Both the position numbers and the translations under genes were made by a program. Below are positions 25,526-40,728 of a DNA stretch of 64,000 nt, piece by piece. The stretch is from Octopus vulgaris (Eukaryota). Location of the stretch: contig OX597831.1 in the NCBI GenBank assembly GCA_951406725.2, positions 40,982,001 through 41,046,000 on the forward strand, given 5' to 3'. Position 1 is the stretch's first letter. Each line of letters opens with the position of its first letter. The notes beneath the pieces were generated by a model. The model ran no database searches. It worked only from the letters and a program-made list of their open reading frames with translations, and was not told the origin of the DNA.

Positions 25526-26085
25526 TACGTATGTATGTATGTATGTTTGTATGTATGTATATACAGAAAATACAATGTATTGTGTCCTTTTACTAAATTC
25601 CACTCAAAAAGCTATTAGTCACCACTCACAATAGGGTGTAATAGAAAACACTTGCTTAATGTTCTGTGCAGTAAGATTTGAACCCAAAACCTAGCTGGTT
25701 GCAAAACAAACATCCTAACCACACAGCCAATGCTTTCACCTTTCAATACGAGATAAAGGCAAGCCACAGACCATTGGCTGCAGGAAGAACAGTAAGAACA
25801 ACGCTCGTGTGCACGTCGTTTATAGCACAAAGGTAAATGTGCAGTAATTGAAATGGTGTGTTTCGGGTAGAGGATGGTGGTGGTGGTGGTGGCGGCGGCG
25901 GCGGCGGTGGTGGTGGTGGCGGCGGCGGCGGCGGCGGTGGTGGTGGTGGTGGGTGTGGGTGTGGGTGGAACAACAACCACAACAATAACAAAACGAAGGA
26001 GTAATTGAGGGGCAAATTTTCTAAAACAAATGGCAAAACTTAGGAATATGGATGAAAGCATGTTAAAGAATAAGAAAATGCAGAC

Positions 26086-26117
<32 letters not shown>

Positions 26118-26670
26118 CTGTCTGTCTGTCTGTATGTGTGTGTGCGTAAGTGTATATGCATATATATATGCATTTGTATGTGGCAGATGGTGTGTGTATG
26201 TGCGCGGCATGTATGGGTGTGGGGGTGTATGTGTGTGTGTGTGTGCATGGGTACATGTATATGTGTGTGTGTGTGTGCATGGGTACATGTATATGTGTGT
26301 GTGTGCATATGTCTGTCTGCGCATATGCATTTGCGTGTATGTGTGTGCTTGCATGTGTATACATGTGTGTGTATGTATGCCTGTTTTATGTACGTGTATG
26401 AGGGTATATGTGCATCTATGCATATGCATGTACATGCACCCATCATGTGTTTCTGTACCTGCATGTGTGTGTATGTGTGTGTTTGGCTGGATGTGGGTTG
26501 TTCTCTATGATCAGTGCTGTATAAGATTTCTTTTGACTTTGCAAAGAGCAAAAGTAAAAAGACATACACACACACACACACACACACACTATGCATTAGA
26601 AAAAAAAGCATAGATGGCAGAATAGAAGAAGAAGAAGAAGAAGAAGAAGAAGAAGAAGAAGAAGAAGAAG

Positions 26671-26701
<31 letters not shown>

Positions 26702-27502
26702 TTGAGAAGAATAAGAATGAGAAGAAAGGGAAGAAGGGGAGGAGGTGGAGGGGATGATGGGGAGAAGGAGGAGAGCTAGGGGAAGTAGAAGAAGAAGAAG
26801 AAGAAGAAGAACAACAACAACAACAACAACAACAACATTGAGAAGAAAGGGAAGAAGGGGAGGAGGTGGAGGGGAGGATGGGGAGAAGGAGGAGAGCAAG
26901 GGGAAGGAGGAGAAGAAGAAGAAGAAGAAGGTAAAGAAGAAGAAGAAGAAGAAGAAGAAGAAGGGAAGAAGAAGAAGAAGAAGAAGAGGAGGAGGTGGGG
27001 GAAAGAAGAAGGGGTGGAGGAGGAGAGCAGGGGAAGAAGAAGAAGAAGAAGGGGTGGAGGACTTTGGACTCAAAACCAAAGCAGAAACAGGAACAGGATG
27101 TTTGATTATAGTTCCATTGGATCAGTGCCTAACCAAGAGATAAGTAAGCAAATAAAATAAATAGATAAATATATATATATATATATATATATATTACAAA
27201 AAAAAAAACAAACACAAAAAAGGTAACTCCAGAGTGAAGTAAGAGAGTATGAGAGACTAATGGATATTAGCAAGTGTGCAGTCGACATCAAAAGACGATG
27301 GACCAACTACTTCATTTGTGGTCGTCCAATATTAGAGATGGCGGCACAGAGGGAAAAGCTAAGGAAGATGGAGTGTGTATATTGGAAAGAAGGGGGAAAA
27401 AAACCTGACTTAGCAGCTGGCTTTATACGCATGCTTTTATATATGCATATGTGTGTGTGTATGTAGATAAATACGTATAGCTATATATACGTATCTGCAA
27501 AG

Positions 27503-27533
<31 letters not shown>

Positions 27534-27565
27534 TATACACAAATATATAAACATATATACATACA

Positions 27566-27615
<50 letters not shown>

Positions 27616-27781
27616 TTTAGGAGAAGTGACAATGCTTCAAAGTCACAACAGAAACTAAGTGATATTAGCATATACCATATACCATATGACTTCTATGCAT
27701 GTATTTTACATTAAGCTCTAAAATGTCTCCATTCTATACTATATACATATGATACTATATTATATATATGTATACTATACA

Positions 27782-27812
<31 letters not shown>

Positions 27813-27816
<4 letters not shown>

Positions 27817-28088
27817 CGTGATCACAGTGACCGACCAGGTTATCAGTTGTTACTACACATCGCTGGTCACAATGCGCTTCAGATGACGCCACCCCACTGG
27901 CTAAACGAGCAGGCCAACAGAAGAAAGAGTGAGAGAATGTTGTGGTGAAAGAGTACAGCAGGGATCGCCACCACCGCCCTGCCGGAGGCTCGTGGAGCTT
28001 TAGGTGTTTTCGCTCAATAAACACTCACAACGCCCAGTCTGAGAATCAAAACCGCGTTCCTACAACCGCGAGTCCGCTGCCCTAACCA
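27813..28088 (-). mobile_element. tRNA-derived SINE family B2
   Basis: Head GTGGAGGCGCAATGGCCTAGTGGTTAGGGCAGCGGACTCGCGG is shared with 32116-32498, but the tail differs and ends GTGATCACGGTGA(TA)n. Confidence 0.85.
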
Positions 28089-28105
28089 CTAGGCCATTGC
28101 GCCTC

Positions 28106-28143
<38 letters not shown>

Positions 28144-28239
28144 GCTCTAAAATGTCTCCATTCTATACTATATACATACGATACTATATTATATATATGT
28201 ATACTATACAATATATATATATATATCACCGTGATCACA

Positions 28240-28282
<43 letters not shown>

Positions 28283-28284
28283 CA

Positions 28285-28510
28285 GCCTGACCCTAGGTTT
28301 TATACTTTGTAAGCAAGCCTAGTACTTATTCTCTCAGCCCCTTTCGTCGAACCGCTAAGTTACAGAGACATAAATGCACCAGCATCAGTTGTCAAGCCAT
28401 GGTGGCAGGTGGGGGTGACAAACACAGACAAACAAATACATACATACATACATATATATGTATGTATGTATCCTGATCCCAGATCCATGTGGTTGGGAAG
28501 CAAGCTTCTT
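28285..28510 (-). mobile_element. SINE family A, degraded
   Basis: Partial family A homology with an internal deletion. Confidence 0.7.
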
Positions 28511-29440
28511 AACACACAGCCACTCCTGTCATTAAAGCCAGCTAGTAAAAAGCAGAGGACATGTTTCTGCCACATTAGTCCTCTTCAGCAAAGCTATATT
28601 TTGCTCGGTTGATAAGTCTAAGACACAGAAAGTATTCAATGAAGCTTATTAGAAATATGAACAATATTAATGAAAGAAAGAAACAATCTCAGAGATGGGG
28701 TAAGTTGGCATTTTGTTTTACTGTAGCCACTTGCACTCCCTGTTCCTCTCTGTATCCACTTCTGTTCACTTTCTTGTACATTGAGGGTCCCTTCTAATAC
28801 TTCATCACCATTATTTTATCCTTTTTCTGCTCCACACAAGTTAATCCAACTTAATTGTCTATAATAGTGGTTCCCAACTGGGGTCCATCTTATGATGATG
28901 ATGATGATGACAACGACAATGATGATGAACACACAGTGATGTCATAAATCAAAAGAATGACAAGGAAAAGATATTCCTGAGATGCCTGCTGCTTGGAAAC
29001 TCAAGTGGTTGTAACTATTTACAAAGTGGTTATTTCCACCACATAATTAATTAATTAAAATTTTGATTGATTAAAATGTCTCAGTTTACTACATTTAGTT
29101 TGCTGGTACTCTACCTACTAGTAAACAAACCTGGAAATATTAGTTAAATACAGTTTCGGTACAGGACCAATAAAAAAATTAGAAGTTAAAGAAAAGCACC
29201 CAATCTACTGGCTGACTCATATAAACCAGTGAACTAAGAAGAATAGCCACATGTACATTTGACAATTGGAAAATATAATAAACTAAGGGAAGTAACTCAA
29301 ATAGTCCAGTGACATGAATTTAGATAAACTAAAGGGTGACATATTGAATCATAGTGTAGAGAGCTACTACTATAAACAGTCACTAACTCCCTGTATTTGT
29401 AAGAATTTGTGCTGATAGTCTGAGAATCATCACTCTAGAA

Positions 29441-29960
29441 CAAGGGTCACGAAACTACATCCTGTGGGCCAGATCTAGCCCACCACTGCACTGTACTTTT
29501 TGTGTAAGTACCTGCAATGAGAGTTCATTTGCCTCTAGCATAGCATCAGTGTTTAGAACAGCTTATGTCTGTGAGCAAACATTTTCAGTAATGAAGTATG
29601 TGAAGTCAGCACATCGAACAAGGTTGACTGATGAACATTTCAAAGCAATTCTCTTGGTTGGATGCAGCAATTCCTAAGCAAATATTGATGATATCTTTAA
29701 AGCTAAACACCAGTTACACAAATCTCACTAACCTTTTCTGCTGCTTAGTTTGTGAGATTCGGATATGTGTGCACTGGGTCTGATATAACTATCTTATTGC
29801 TAACGTCGCCTTTGTTGATAACATTTTGGTAAATAAATATGTTGGTTGTCTTTATTTTTTGTGTATTCACTGTAATGTATTGAACAAAATGGTTATGTGG
29901 CCTGTGCTCATCATGCTCTCAGTTATCTGGCCCACTGTGAAAAAAGTTTGGTGATTCCTG
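29441..29960 (+). mobile_element. hAT (Charlie/Buster-like) internal-deletion derivative
   Basis: TIRs CAAGGGTCACGAAACT / AGTTTGGTGATTCCTG; 8-bp TSD CTCTAGAA / CTCTAGCA. Retains the dimerisation-domain peptide ASVFRTAYVCEQTFSVMKYVKSAHRTRLTDEHFKAIL. Confidence 0.88.
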
Positions 29961-30218
29961 CTCTAGCATATACATCACTCATTTCTCAGCTGTTTGGACT
30001 GAAGTCATGAGAAATGTGCCTTACCTTAGGACACAATGTAGCACCCCATCTGTGAATTGAACCTCCAACCTTACAATCATGAGTGCAACAGCTTAATCCC
30101 TTGGTCATGAACTTTCCCACTGAACTGAATGTGTGTAACAGAAACAGCATAATGTCCTGAAAGCTTATATAATCATTTGGCAAAGATTATTTTATGTAAA
30201 AATAAGTTCTGAGTTAAT

Positions 30219-30837
30219 CAGGAGTTCTCAACCATTTTTTATCAATGGACTCCTTTGATTACTATTTTATTCTGGGGGACTCTCATAGCCATTTGATGTT
30301 TAAAAATCAATTTTATAAAAACTTCTTTCAAACTTCATATTTTATTTTTCACACATTCACTTGTGTAGATTGAACTATGTAGAATGCTAGAGAAAGAAAC
30401 CCAGCTGTTTCTTGCAATACATACCAATACATATATCTAAGGCAAAATTTTTCATGAATCCTTAAAATACTACCATAGGCCCCCTAATTTACTATTTTGT
30501 CTCAGTGGACTCCCTTTGATTACTATTTTATTCTGGTGGGCCCCCGTAGTCATTCGATTTTTAAAAATTTTTAATTAGTTTTATTGATACTTCTTTGAAA
30601 ATTCCTATTTTGTTTTTCACACATTAACTTGTGTAGGTTGAACTAAGTAAAATGTTAGAGAAAGAAATATAGCTGTTTGTTGCAATACATACACACCAAT
30701 ACATATATGTAAAGCAAACTTTTTCAGGGGTTCTTAGAATATTATTATGGATCCCCAATTTTCTATTTTATTGTGTAGACCCCCAAAATGTTATATGGAC
30801 CCTCAGGTGCCATATGGAACCCGGTTAAGAACCACTG
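30219..30837. mobile_element. hAT-like MITE with an internal ~260-bp tandem duplication
   Basis: Ends CAGGAGTTCTCAACC / GGTTAAGAACCACTG; TGGACTCC..TTTGATTACTATTTTATTCTGG at about 30245 and 30506. TSD not clear. Confidence 0.7.
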
Positions 30838-30907
30838 AGTAGACTACATCATAACCTTAGTTGTCCCCTGTCTGCAGACAAAGGGTAGACATTCATTTCT
30901 CTAAACA

Positions 30908-31283
30908 TCTTTTATTCTTTATCCTTTATCTTTCACTTCTTTCAGTCACTGGATTGCAACCATGTTGGGGCACCATTATGAAGAGTTTAGCCTAACAAAC
31001 CAACCCCGGCACTCATTCTGTCAATCTTTTTTGATGATCTGCTAAGTTACAGGGTTGTAAACAAGTCAACACTGGTTGTCAAGCAGGGGGTGTTGAGGGA
31101 ACAAACACAAAAACAAACACTCACAAACACACCCACAAATTTGATGGGCTTCCACACACCTCTCCATCTACCAAAATTCACTCACAAGGTACTGGTCGAC
31201 CCAAGGTGTCACACAGTGGGACTGAACCAAAAACAACACGGTTGCAAAGTGAGCTTCTTAACCACACACCCACACCTGTTCCT
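30908..31283 (-). mobile_element. SINE family A, old diverged copy
   Basis: Colinear but heavily mutated. Confidence 0.7.
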
Positions 31284-31821
31284 ATGTGAATTTATTTTGT
31301 AAATACTACTTCCCACTGAATTGAGGGGGGCCATGTCTTGTAGGTGCTTGGTGATCTCACTAGCATTGGTTCCACAGAAAGCAGCCCCCTGTACACTCTG
31401 TAAAGTGGTTGCTGTTAGGAAGGGCATCCAGTTGCAGAACACTGAAGCCAGACCCAGCTTTTTGGCTTGTTTGCTTATGTCAAACCATCCAACTCATGCC
31501 AACCTGGAAAAAAAAGGATGCAAATATCTCATTATCTCTGAGAGACACCTTGCATGCAAAGATAGGTAATATTTTCCTTCTCCCACACATCTAAATATAC
31601 TTTAACAGACAAACTTCTAAGGGACAACTTTTGAAAAAATATTTTTGCACATAGCTCTTTGGGACAGAACCATGAAACACATTTGCTTGGCAGTCATTTG
31701 ACGGTGGCCATGCTGGAGCACTACCTTTAATCGAGAAACTCGACCCCGGGACTTATTCTTTTGTAAGCTCAGTACTTATTCTATCGGTCTCTTATTCATG
31801 TTTCAGACTTCTGTTCTATTT

Positions 31822-32597
31822 TATTCTTTTATTTATTTGACTGTGGTCTTGCTGGAGCACTACCTTTAGTTAAACAAATCGACCCCAGGACTTATTCTTT
31901 GTAAGCCTAGTACTTATTTTATAAGACTCTTTTGCCAAACCGTTAAGCTACGGGGACGTGAACACACCAACATGAATTGTCAAGCAATAGTGCGGAGGAT
32001 AAACACAGACACACAAACACATACATTTATATGTATATATACAACAGGCTTCTTTCAGTCCCCGTCTACCAAATCCATTCACAAGGCTTTGGTTAGCCCG
32101 AGACTATAGAAGACAGTGGAGGCGCAATGGCCCAGTGGTTAGGGCAGCAGACTCGCAATCGTAGGATCGCGGTTTCGATTCCCAGACCGGGCGTTGTGAG
32201 TGTTTATTGAGCGAAAACACCAAAAGCTCCACGAGGCTCCGGCAGGGATGGTGGTGATCCCTGCTGTACTCTTTCACCACAACTTTCTCTCACTCTTACT
32301 TCCTGTTTCTGTTGTACCTGTATTTCAAAGGTCCGGCCTTGTCACTCTCTGTGTCACGCTGAATATCCCCGAGAACTATGTTAAGGGTACACGTGTCTGT
32401 GGAGTGCTCAGCCACTTACACGTTAATTTCACGAGCAGGCTGTTCCGTTGATCGGATCAACCGGAACCCTCGTCGTCGTAACCGACGGAGTGCTTCTACA
32501 TAGAAGAAGACACTTGCCCAAGAGGCCTCACAGTGAGACTGAACCTGGAACCATGTCATTTGGAAGCAAACTTCTTACTACACAGCTACGTCTGTAC
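31822..32597 (-). mobile_element. SINE family A interrupted by a family B1 SINE
   Basis: Family A stops at ...CTATAGAAGACA and resumes at AGAAGACACTTGCCC. A further tail fragment lies at about 31690-31795. Confidence 0.8.
32116..32498 (+). mobile_element. tRNA-derived SINE family B1 (RTE-like tail)
   Basis: A box TGGCCCAGTGG, B box GTTTCGATTCC, tail GGAACCCTCGTCGTCGTAACCGACGGAGTGC; apparent TSD AGAAGACA. Confidence 0.88.
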
Positions 32598-32619
32598 CTT
32601 ATTTTAGAAAAAAATATAT

Positions 32620-34120
<1,501 letters not shown>

Positions 34121-34250
34121 CTTATCCCTCTATTTATCTATCAATCCTTCCATCTATCTAACCATTTATTTATCTCTCTGTCTATCTATTTCTCTCTCAC
34201 TCTCTCTATCTGTCTGTATATATATATATATTTGTATTTATATATATGTG

Positions 34251-34294
<44 letters not shown>

Positions 34295-34431
34295 TAGTTG
34301 TCTGTGGAGTCATATTTGTAGTTAAAAGAATTAGCTGTCTTTTGGCTGCTAATTCAAAATTTTCGGTATGTGGTGAACCAACTTGTTGCTAAACCCTTAA
34401 TTATATATATGAGTGTGTGTGTGCGTGTATG

Positions 34432-34486
<55 letters not shown>

Positions 34487-34509
34487 CTATCTATCAGCTT
34501 ATCTATATA

Positions 34510-34541
<32 letters not shown>

Positions 34542-34826
34542 TCTATCAATTTCATCCATCCATCCATCCCTCCATCCATCTGTCTAACTATTTATCCTAG
34601 CCTGTCTATATATCCTCTCTTTAAGCTTACTCCTCATTTTTGCTTATCCCAACAATTTCAAGATATCTTTGGAAGGAAATATATACATTGAGCTGGTTTT
34701 CTATCACCCCACTTCTATCCCCATTGTCTAATGTGATGCCATAAGAATATATGACCATGAACTACACAAATTAAGAAAGCACTAGTTAATTTTACTGTGT
34801 GTGTCTCTCGCTCACACACACACACA

Positions 34827-34866
<40 letters not shown>

Positions 34867-35333
34867 TGTATGCATGCTCACAAACACACATTCACAAACA
34901 CAGATCGCTGTGCCTACTGATGTATTATCCAATGTTTTCTTGTTCATGTTAAAAATGGCAACATGTGACTTCAGAGGGAATTCGTAATTATTTTCCTTTC
35001 AGGTTCATTCTCATTGTGTGGCACTTGGGTTGGGCATATGTTTTTTTTTCCTTGTTCTAGCCCCCCATCCCTGGCCAACCGAAAGCCTTGTGAAGAGGTT
35101 TGGTGGAAGGAAACTGAAAGAAGAAGCTTGCTGTGTTGTAAGTGTGAAGAATGTTTGGAGACATGTGGCATGTTATAAAAACCTGCCTAGACATGTGTGT
35201 TCACAGTAAGAAGCTATTAGTAATTTAATAATTTATATACAGTTTACATTAGATAATATTTATATATCACTGGATAGAGTACTTTTCTTGTTGATCTTAC
35301 CTTCTTGAAAAAGTAAACTACATATATATATAT

Positions 35334-35404
<71 letters not shown>

Positions 35405-35490
35405 TATATGTGTGTATATATTTATTTATCACTGGATGGAGTACATCTTTTGTTGATCTTACCTCAACAGAAGAGTAAATTGTATATATT

Positions 35491-35557
<67 letters not shown>

Positions 35558-35597
35558 TGTGTATGTGTGTGTGTGTGATTGTGTGTGTGTGTATAAT

Positions 35598-35657
<60 letters not shown>

Positions 35658-35700
35658 CAAATGAAAGACAGAAGATGGAAAATACAAAAATTAATTGTTA

Positions 35701-35806
35701 ATCACAACAATTGTTTCAATGAATCTAGCCCCGATCCCTCATGGGTAGGACACACAATAACTGGTTCAGGAGCATCCAGTGGTGCAAACGTATCTCGTCA
35801 GGTGAT
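35701..35806 (-). ncRNA. hammerhead motif with a very long (~75-80 nt) stem II region
   Basis: Minus strand ATCAC-CTGACGA-[long insert]-GAAAC-AATT-GTT-GTGAT; stem I ATCAC/GTGAT. The base of stem II is imperfect. Confidence 0.6.
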
Positions 35807-35943
35807 AATTAAATTCAGTTCTTTAAAATAACTGTTCCGCAACGGAACTTTTCATTTTGTAGAGAGAAAAGCAGCCAGACAGGAAATATTTTCATTTATA
35901 TAGAAGATCAAAAATAAAATGTGTATATGTATGTATATATATA

Positions 35944-36034
<91 letters not shown>

Positions 36035-36110
36035 GTAGAAATTGATATTAATCAATTAAAACCAGTGGCCTAGTGTATTAAAAAGTCCGAAGATTAAAAT
36101 ATTTTTTACA

Positions 36111-36243
36111 TACAAAATTTGAAGGACTGACCACTAAAAGTGAACAGTCAATATGCTAGATATAGACTAGATATAGCGATTTTGGCGTCTATATTTAGCA
36201 TATTGACTGTCCACTTTTAGTGGTCAGTCCTTTAAATTTTGTA
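36111..36243. repeat. inverted repeat (~55-bp arms) in a (TA)n-flanked module
   Basis: tacaaaatttgaaggactgaccactaaaagtg... / ...cacttttagtggtcagtcctttaaattttgta. Confidence 0.85.
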
Positions 36244-36277
36244 TATATATATATATATATGTATATTTATATACTTA

Positions 36278-36501
36278 TTTACTCTTTTACTCTTTTACTT
36301 GTTTCAGTCATTTGACTGTGGCCATGCTGGAGCACCGCCTTTAATCGAGCAACTCGACCTCGGGACTTATTCTTTTGTAATCTCAGTACTTATTCTATCG
36401 ACCACATTTGCCGAACCGCTAAGTAACGGGGAACATAAACACACCAGCATCGGTTGTCAAGCAATGCTAGGGGGACAAACACAGACACACAAACACACAC
36501 A

Positions 36502-36547
<46 letters not shown>

Positions 36548-36711
36548 TAAGAAAGACTTCTTTCATTTTCCGTCTACCACATCCACTCACAAGGCTTTGG
36601 TCGGCCCGAGGCTATAGTAGAAGACACTTGCCCAAGGTACCATGCAGTGGGATTGAACCCGGAACCATGTGGTTGGTAAACAAGCTACTTACCACACATC
36701 CACTCCTGCGC
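36278..36711 (-). mobile_element. SINE family A
   Basis: Full copy. Confidence 0.9.
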
Positions 36712-36757
<46 letters not shown>

Positions 36758-36801
36758 CAATAATAATTCTCTAAACGAGATATAGACAGTAACTGCTCCA
36801 T

Positions 36802-37134
<333 letters not shown>

Positions 37135-37139
37135 TTTGA

Positions 37140-37750
37140 TAGGTACTAACTTAATAGTACCACCTCTTAATAGTACCACCTGGCAAAGTCATTCAAATCA
37201 GGAATTGGACAACATGGCTCACTCGACGAGAGAGTTATTGTTTACAGAGACATATCTGAATGTAGGAGGTTTATCTGGGACTTTTTGAAGGAATTTGTCT
37301 AAAGACTTCTTGAACTTTATGGGGTCTGTTTCTGCTTCAATGTATTTGGGTGTAATGTTATAGAGAGTGGGGCCAATTGAGGTGAAATAATTGTGCCATA
37401 TTGTTGTTATGTGATGCAATTATTATTTGTGTTGTGGACAGACAGCATGGGGTTCAAAACTTGGGTGTATCTTAAAAGTGATGCCAACATCATTTGGGCA
37501 ATGCTGATGGAATATTTTCCACATCATGCAGATGACGTAGTGCTCATGGCGACGTTGGAAAGAATAAAGTTTGAGCTTTTCTTAGTCAACCCAAATAGTC
37601 AAAGCCTTTCATGCCATCTATCTTTTTTGTAATTCATCTTTGAGGTACTTCAATTTCCATGATACTTTGTTTCATGTGGGGAGACCACAGTGGACAACAA
37701 TATTCAAGGTGGTGTCGTGCAAAAGTGGAGAAGAGAAGGATAATGGTGTG
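37140..37750 (-). mobile_element. CR1/Jockey-group LINE ORF2 3' fragment (decayed)
   Basis: LLFSTFARHHLEYCCPLWSPHMKQSIMEIEVPQR ... SIGPTLYNITPK...[16 protein letters not shown]. Confidence 0.8.
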
Positions 37751-38247
37751 GATGTCTCTCACATAAGACAAGAACGCAAAACATTCAAATAGACGACACA
37801 CACAAAAAAACGGACGGGTCATTCGAAGCCTCTAATCTTCAGTCAAGAACTGGATCAGCCTCGCAATTTTGGCTGATTAATCTTGAGATTGCTCCGATCC
37901 GGCCAGCCCCAAGAAAAAGATAAGCTTTGTACGCGCAAGTGCATCAGCTGCTGCGATCGATATTACGGTTTGAAATAATGCATATTCCCACGGCTTTATC
38001 GATCGCATTCTCACCTGGAATCGATTTTTGTAATTTTTTCAAGAAATATACACGCCCATACAATGATATGTATATACACATATATGTGTTTATTTTGCGC
38101 CAAAAAAGTTTGCAAGAAAAAAGCCGGCTGGCTTGAAATATTGCCACAAAATGCAGTATATTTAAGAGAGCAAAAAAGTAAGATGCAAAAGGGATATTTT
38201 CTTCAAACTTGGCATGAATGAAGGAAAGCCTATTTGGTTTCTCAAAA

Positions 38248-39442
38248 ACTTTCGGTATGCAAATTAGGGACTCCAGCATAGAATTAACTGCTGTATTTGT
38301 TGAGTATATATAGAGTTTGTAGAACGGTTAAAAATTTTCGGTATGCAAATTAGGGACTCCAGCATAGAATTAACTACTGTATTTGTTGAGTATATATAGA
38401 GTTTGTTGGGCGGTTAAAAATTTTCGGTATGCAAATTAGGGACTCCTGCATAGAATTAACTGCTGTATGTATTGAGTATATATAGAGTTTATAGAGCGGT
38501 TAAAAGTTTCGGATGCAAATTAGGGACTCCAGCATAGAATTAACTGCTGTATGTGTTGAGTATATATAGAGTTTATAGAACGGTTAAAAATTTTCGGTAT
38601 GCAAATTAGTTTGTAGGATTTTCGGTATGCAAATTAGGGACTCCAGCATAGAATTAACTGCTGTATTTGTTGAGTATATATAGAGTTTGTAGAACGGTTA
38701 AAAATTTTCGGTATGCAAATTAGGGACTCCAGCATAGAATTAAGTGCTGTATGTATTGAGTATATATAGAGTTGGTAGAGCGGTTAAAAATTTTCGGTAT
38801 GCAAATTAGGGACTCCAGCATAGAATTAACTGCTGTATGTATTGAGTATATATAGAGTTGGTAGAACGGTTAAAAATTTTCGGGTATGCAAATTAGGGAC
38901 TCCAGCATAGAATTAACTGCTATATGTATTGAGTATATATAGAGTTGGTAGAGCGGTTAAAAATTTTCGGTATGCAAATTAGGGACTCCAGCATAGAATT
39001 AACTGCTGTATTTGTTGAGTATATAGAGTGTTTATAGAGCGGTTAAAAATTTTCGGTATGCAAATTAGGGACTCCAGCATAGAATTAACTGCTATATGTA
39101 TTGAGTATATATAGAGTTGGTAGAACGGTTAAAAATTTTCGGTATGCAAATTAGGGACTCCAGCATAGAATTAACTGCTGTATGTATTGAGTATATATAG
39201 AGTTTATAGAGCGGTTAAAAATTTTCGGTATGCACATTAGGGACTCCAGCATAGAATTAACTGCTGTATGTATTGAGTATATATAGAGTTGGTAGAGCGG
39301 TTAAAAATTTTCGGTATGCAAATTAGGGACTCCAGCATAGAATTAACTGCTGTATTTGTTGAGTATATAGAGAGTTTATAGAGCGGTTAAAAATTTTCGG
39401 TATGCAAATTAGGGACTCCAGCATAGAATTAACTGCTGTATT
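38248..39442 (+). repeat. 86-bp minisatellite, ~14 units
   Basis: Unit ttcggtATGCAAATtagggactccagcatagaattaactgctgtatttgttgagtatatatagagtttgtagaacggttaaaaatt; first starts at 38251, 38337, 38423; one truncated unit near 38593. Confidence 0.95.
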
Positions 39443-40220
39443 TATATATATATATATAGTTAGATATATGAATACAATGGGCTTCTTTCAGTTTCAGTCT
39501 ACCAAATCCACTTACAAGACTTTGGTCGGCCCGAGGCTATAGTAGAAAATACTAGTGCAAGGTGCCACGCAGAGAGAGTGAACCCAGAACCATGTGGTTG
39601 TTTCTTTCAGCCGCGCGTGCGCAGACACACACGATTATGTGTATATGTATATATGTATATATATATACATATATATTACACACATTGACACTGAAACCAA
39701 AACTGTGGTTGGGAAGCTAATTACTAAACCTAGTAGCCAGACTTTTACTGATATTTTAATTAACTTATGACGTATTACTTGTACGAGCTCAGAAGAAAAC
39801 AGATCGTCTGGCTCTTTTTTTTTTTTTTTTTTTTAAATATCCTTTTTCAGACTGTAAAGTCTGAGTTTCCTAAGTTTAGATTTTTGAACAGAAATCTGAA
39901 AGGATTACTATAACTGTACCAAGATTACAGAAGCGATTACGAGTGGAGTAGCTTAATCTGAAAGTTTGACTTGTATTTTTATTGGATTATTTTGTGCTCG
40001 TCGATTTTCCTTTTCTTACATAGAGTTATTTTGAATGAAAGTAAATAACGACTATAAAGAATTGGTTGAAGATTCAATATCATTGGGCTTGAATTATTGT
40101 TGACTGCTAAAGCGTTATTTCATAGACTCTCTACGAAATCATTTTATCAGCTCAAGAAATCGCAATAAATTGATGTCTATTTGTCAATTTCTCCGTTTTC
40201 TTTTTCTTATACATAAATGA

Positions 40221-40372
<152 letters not shown>

Positions 40373-40728
40373 ATAAATAAACATATGCATATATATGAAC
40401 ATATATGTACATACCTACCTCTACATGTACATATACACGCATATATGAGTACAGGACACCAAAAAGACGTCGAACACAATGAGAAACGAAAACATAGACA
40501 CAAACCCAAGGAACTGGACATTTTTTTAAACAATATATATATATATATATATATAACGACTGTGACAGCGTGAGGTTGGGGCTTAAAGACAGGAAGTAAC
40601 AATGACGTGAGTAGATTTGGAGATGGAGCCAGGAAGCAGACATCATAGTGAATGACAACCATTGATTTTATTTGATTGGGAATAGATGATAGCCGGGGTG
40701 AAGCCTTCGAAATAGACCATGCTAATTA

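Noticed and set aside
25743-27143. Poly-Pro, poly-Glu/Gln and poly-Arg/Lys ORFs as proteins
   Set aside because: Triplet repeats open in several frames with no recognisable domain.
32116-32190. tRNA gene
   Set aside because: The A/B boxes belong to a SINE head that continues into a repeated body and tail; no complete cloverleaf or terminator is evident.
38248-39442. CRISPR-like appearance of the regular array
   Set aside because: The whole 86-bp unit repeats with only point variants; there are no unique spacers and no cas genes, and the context is eukaryotic.
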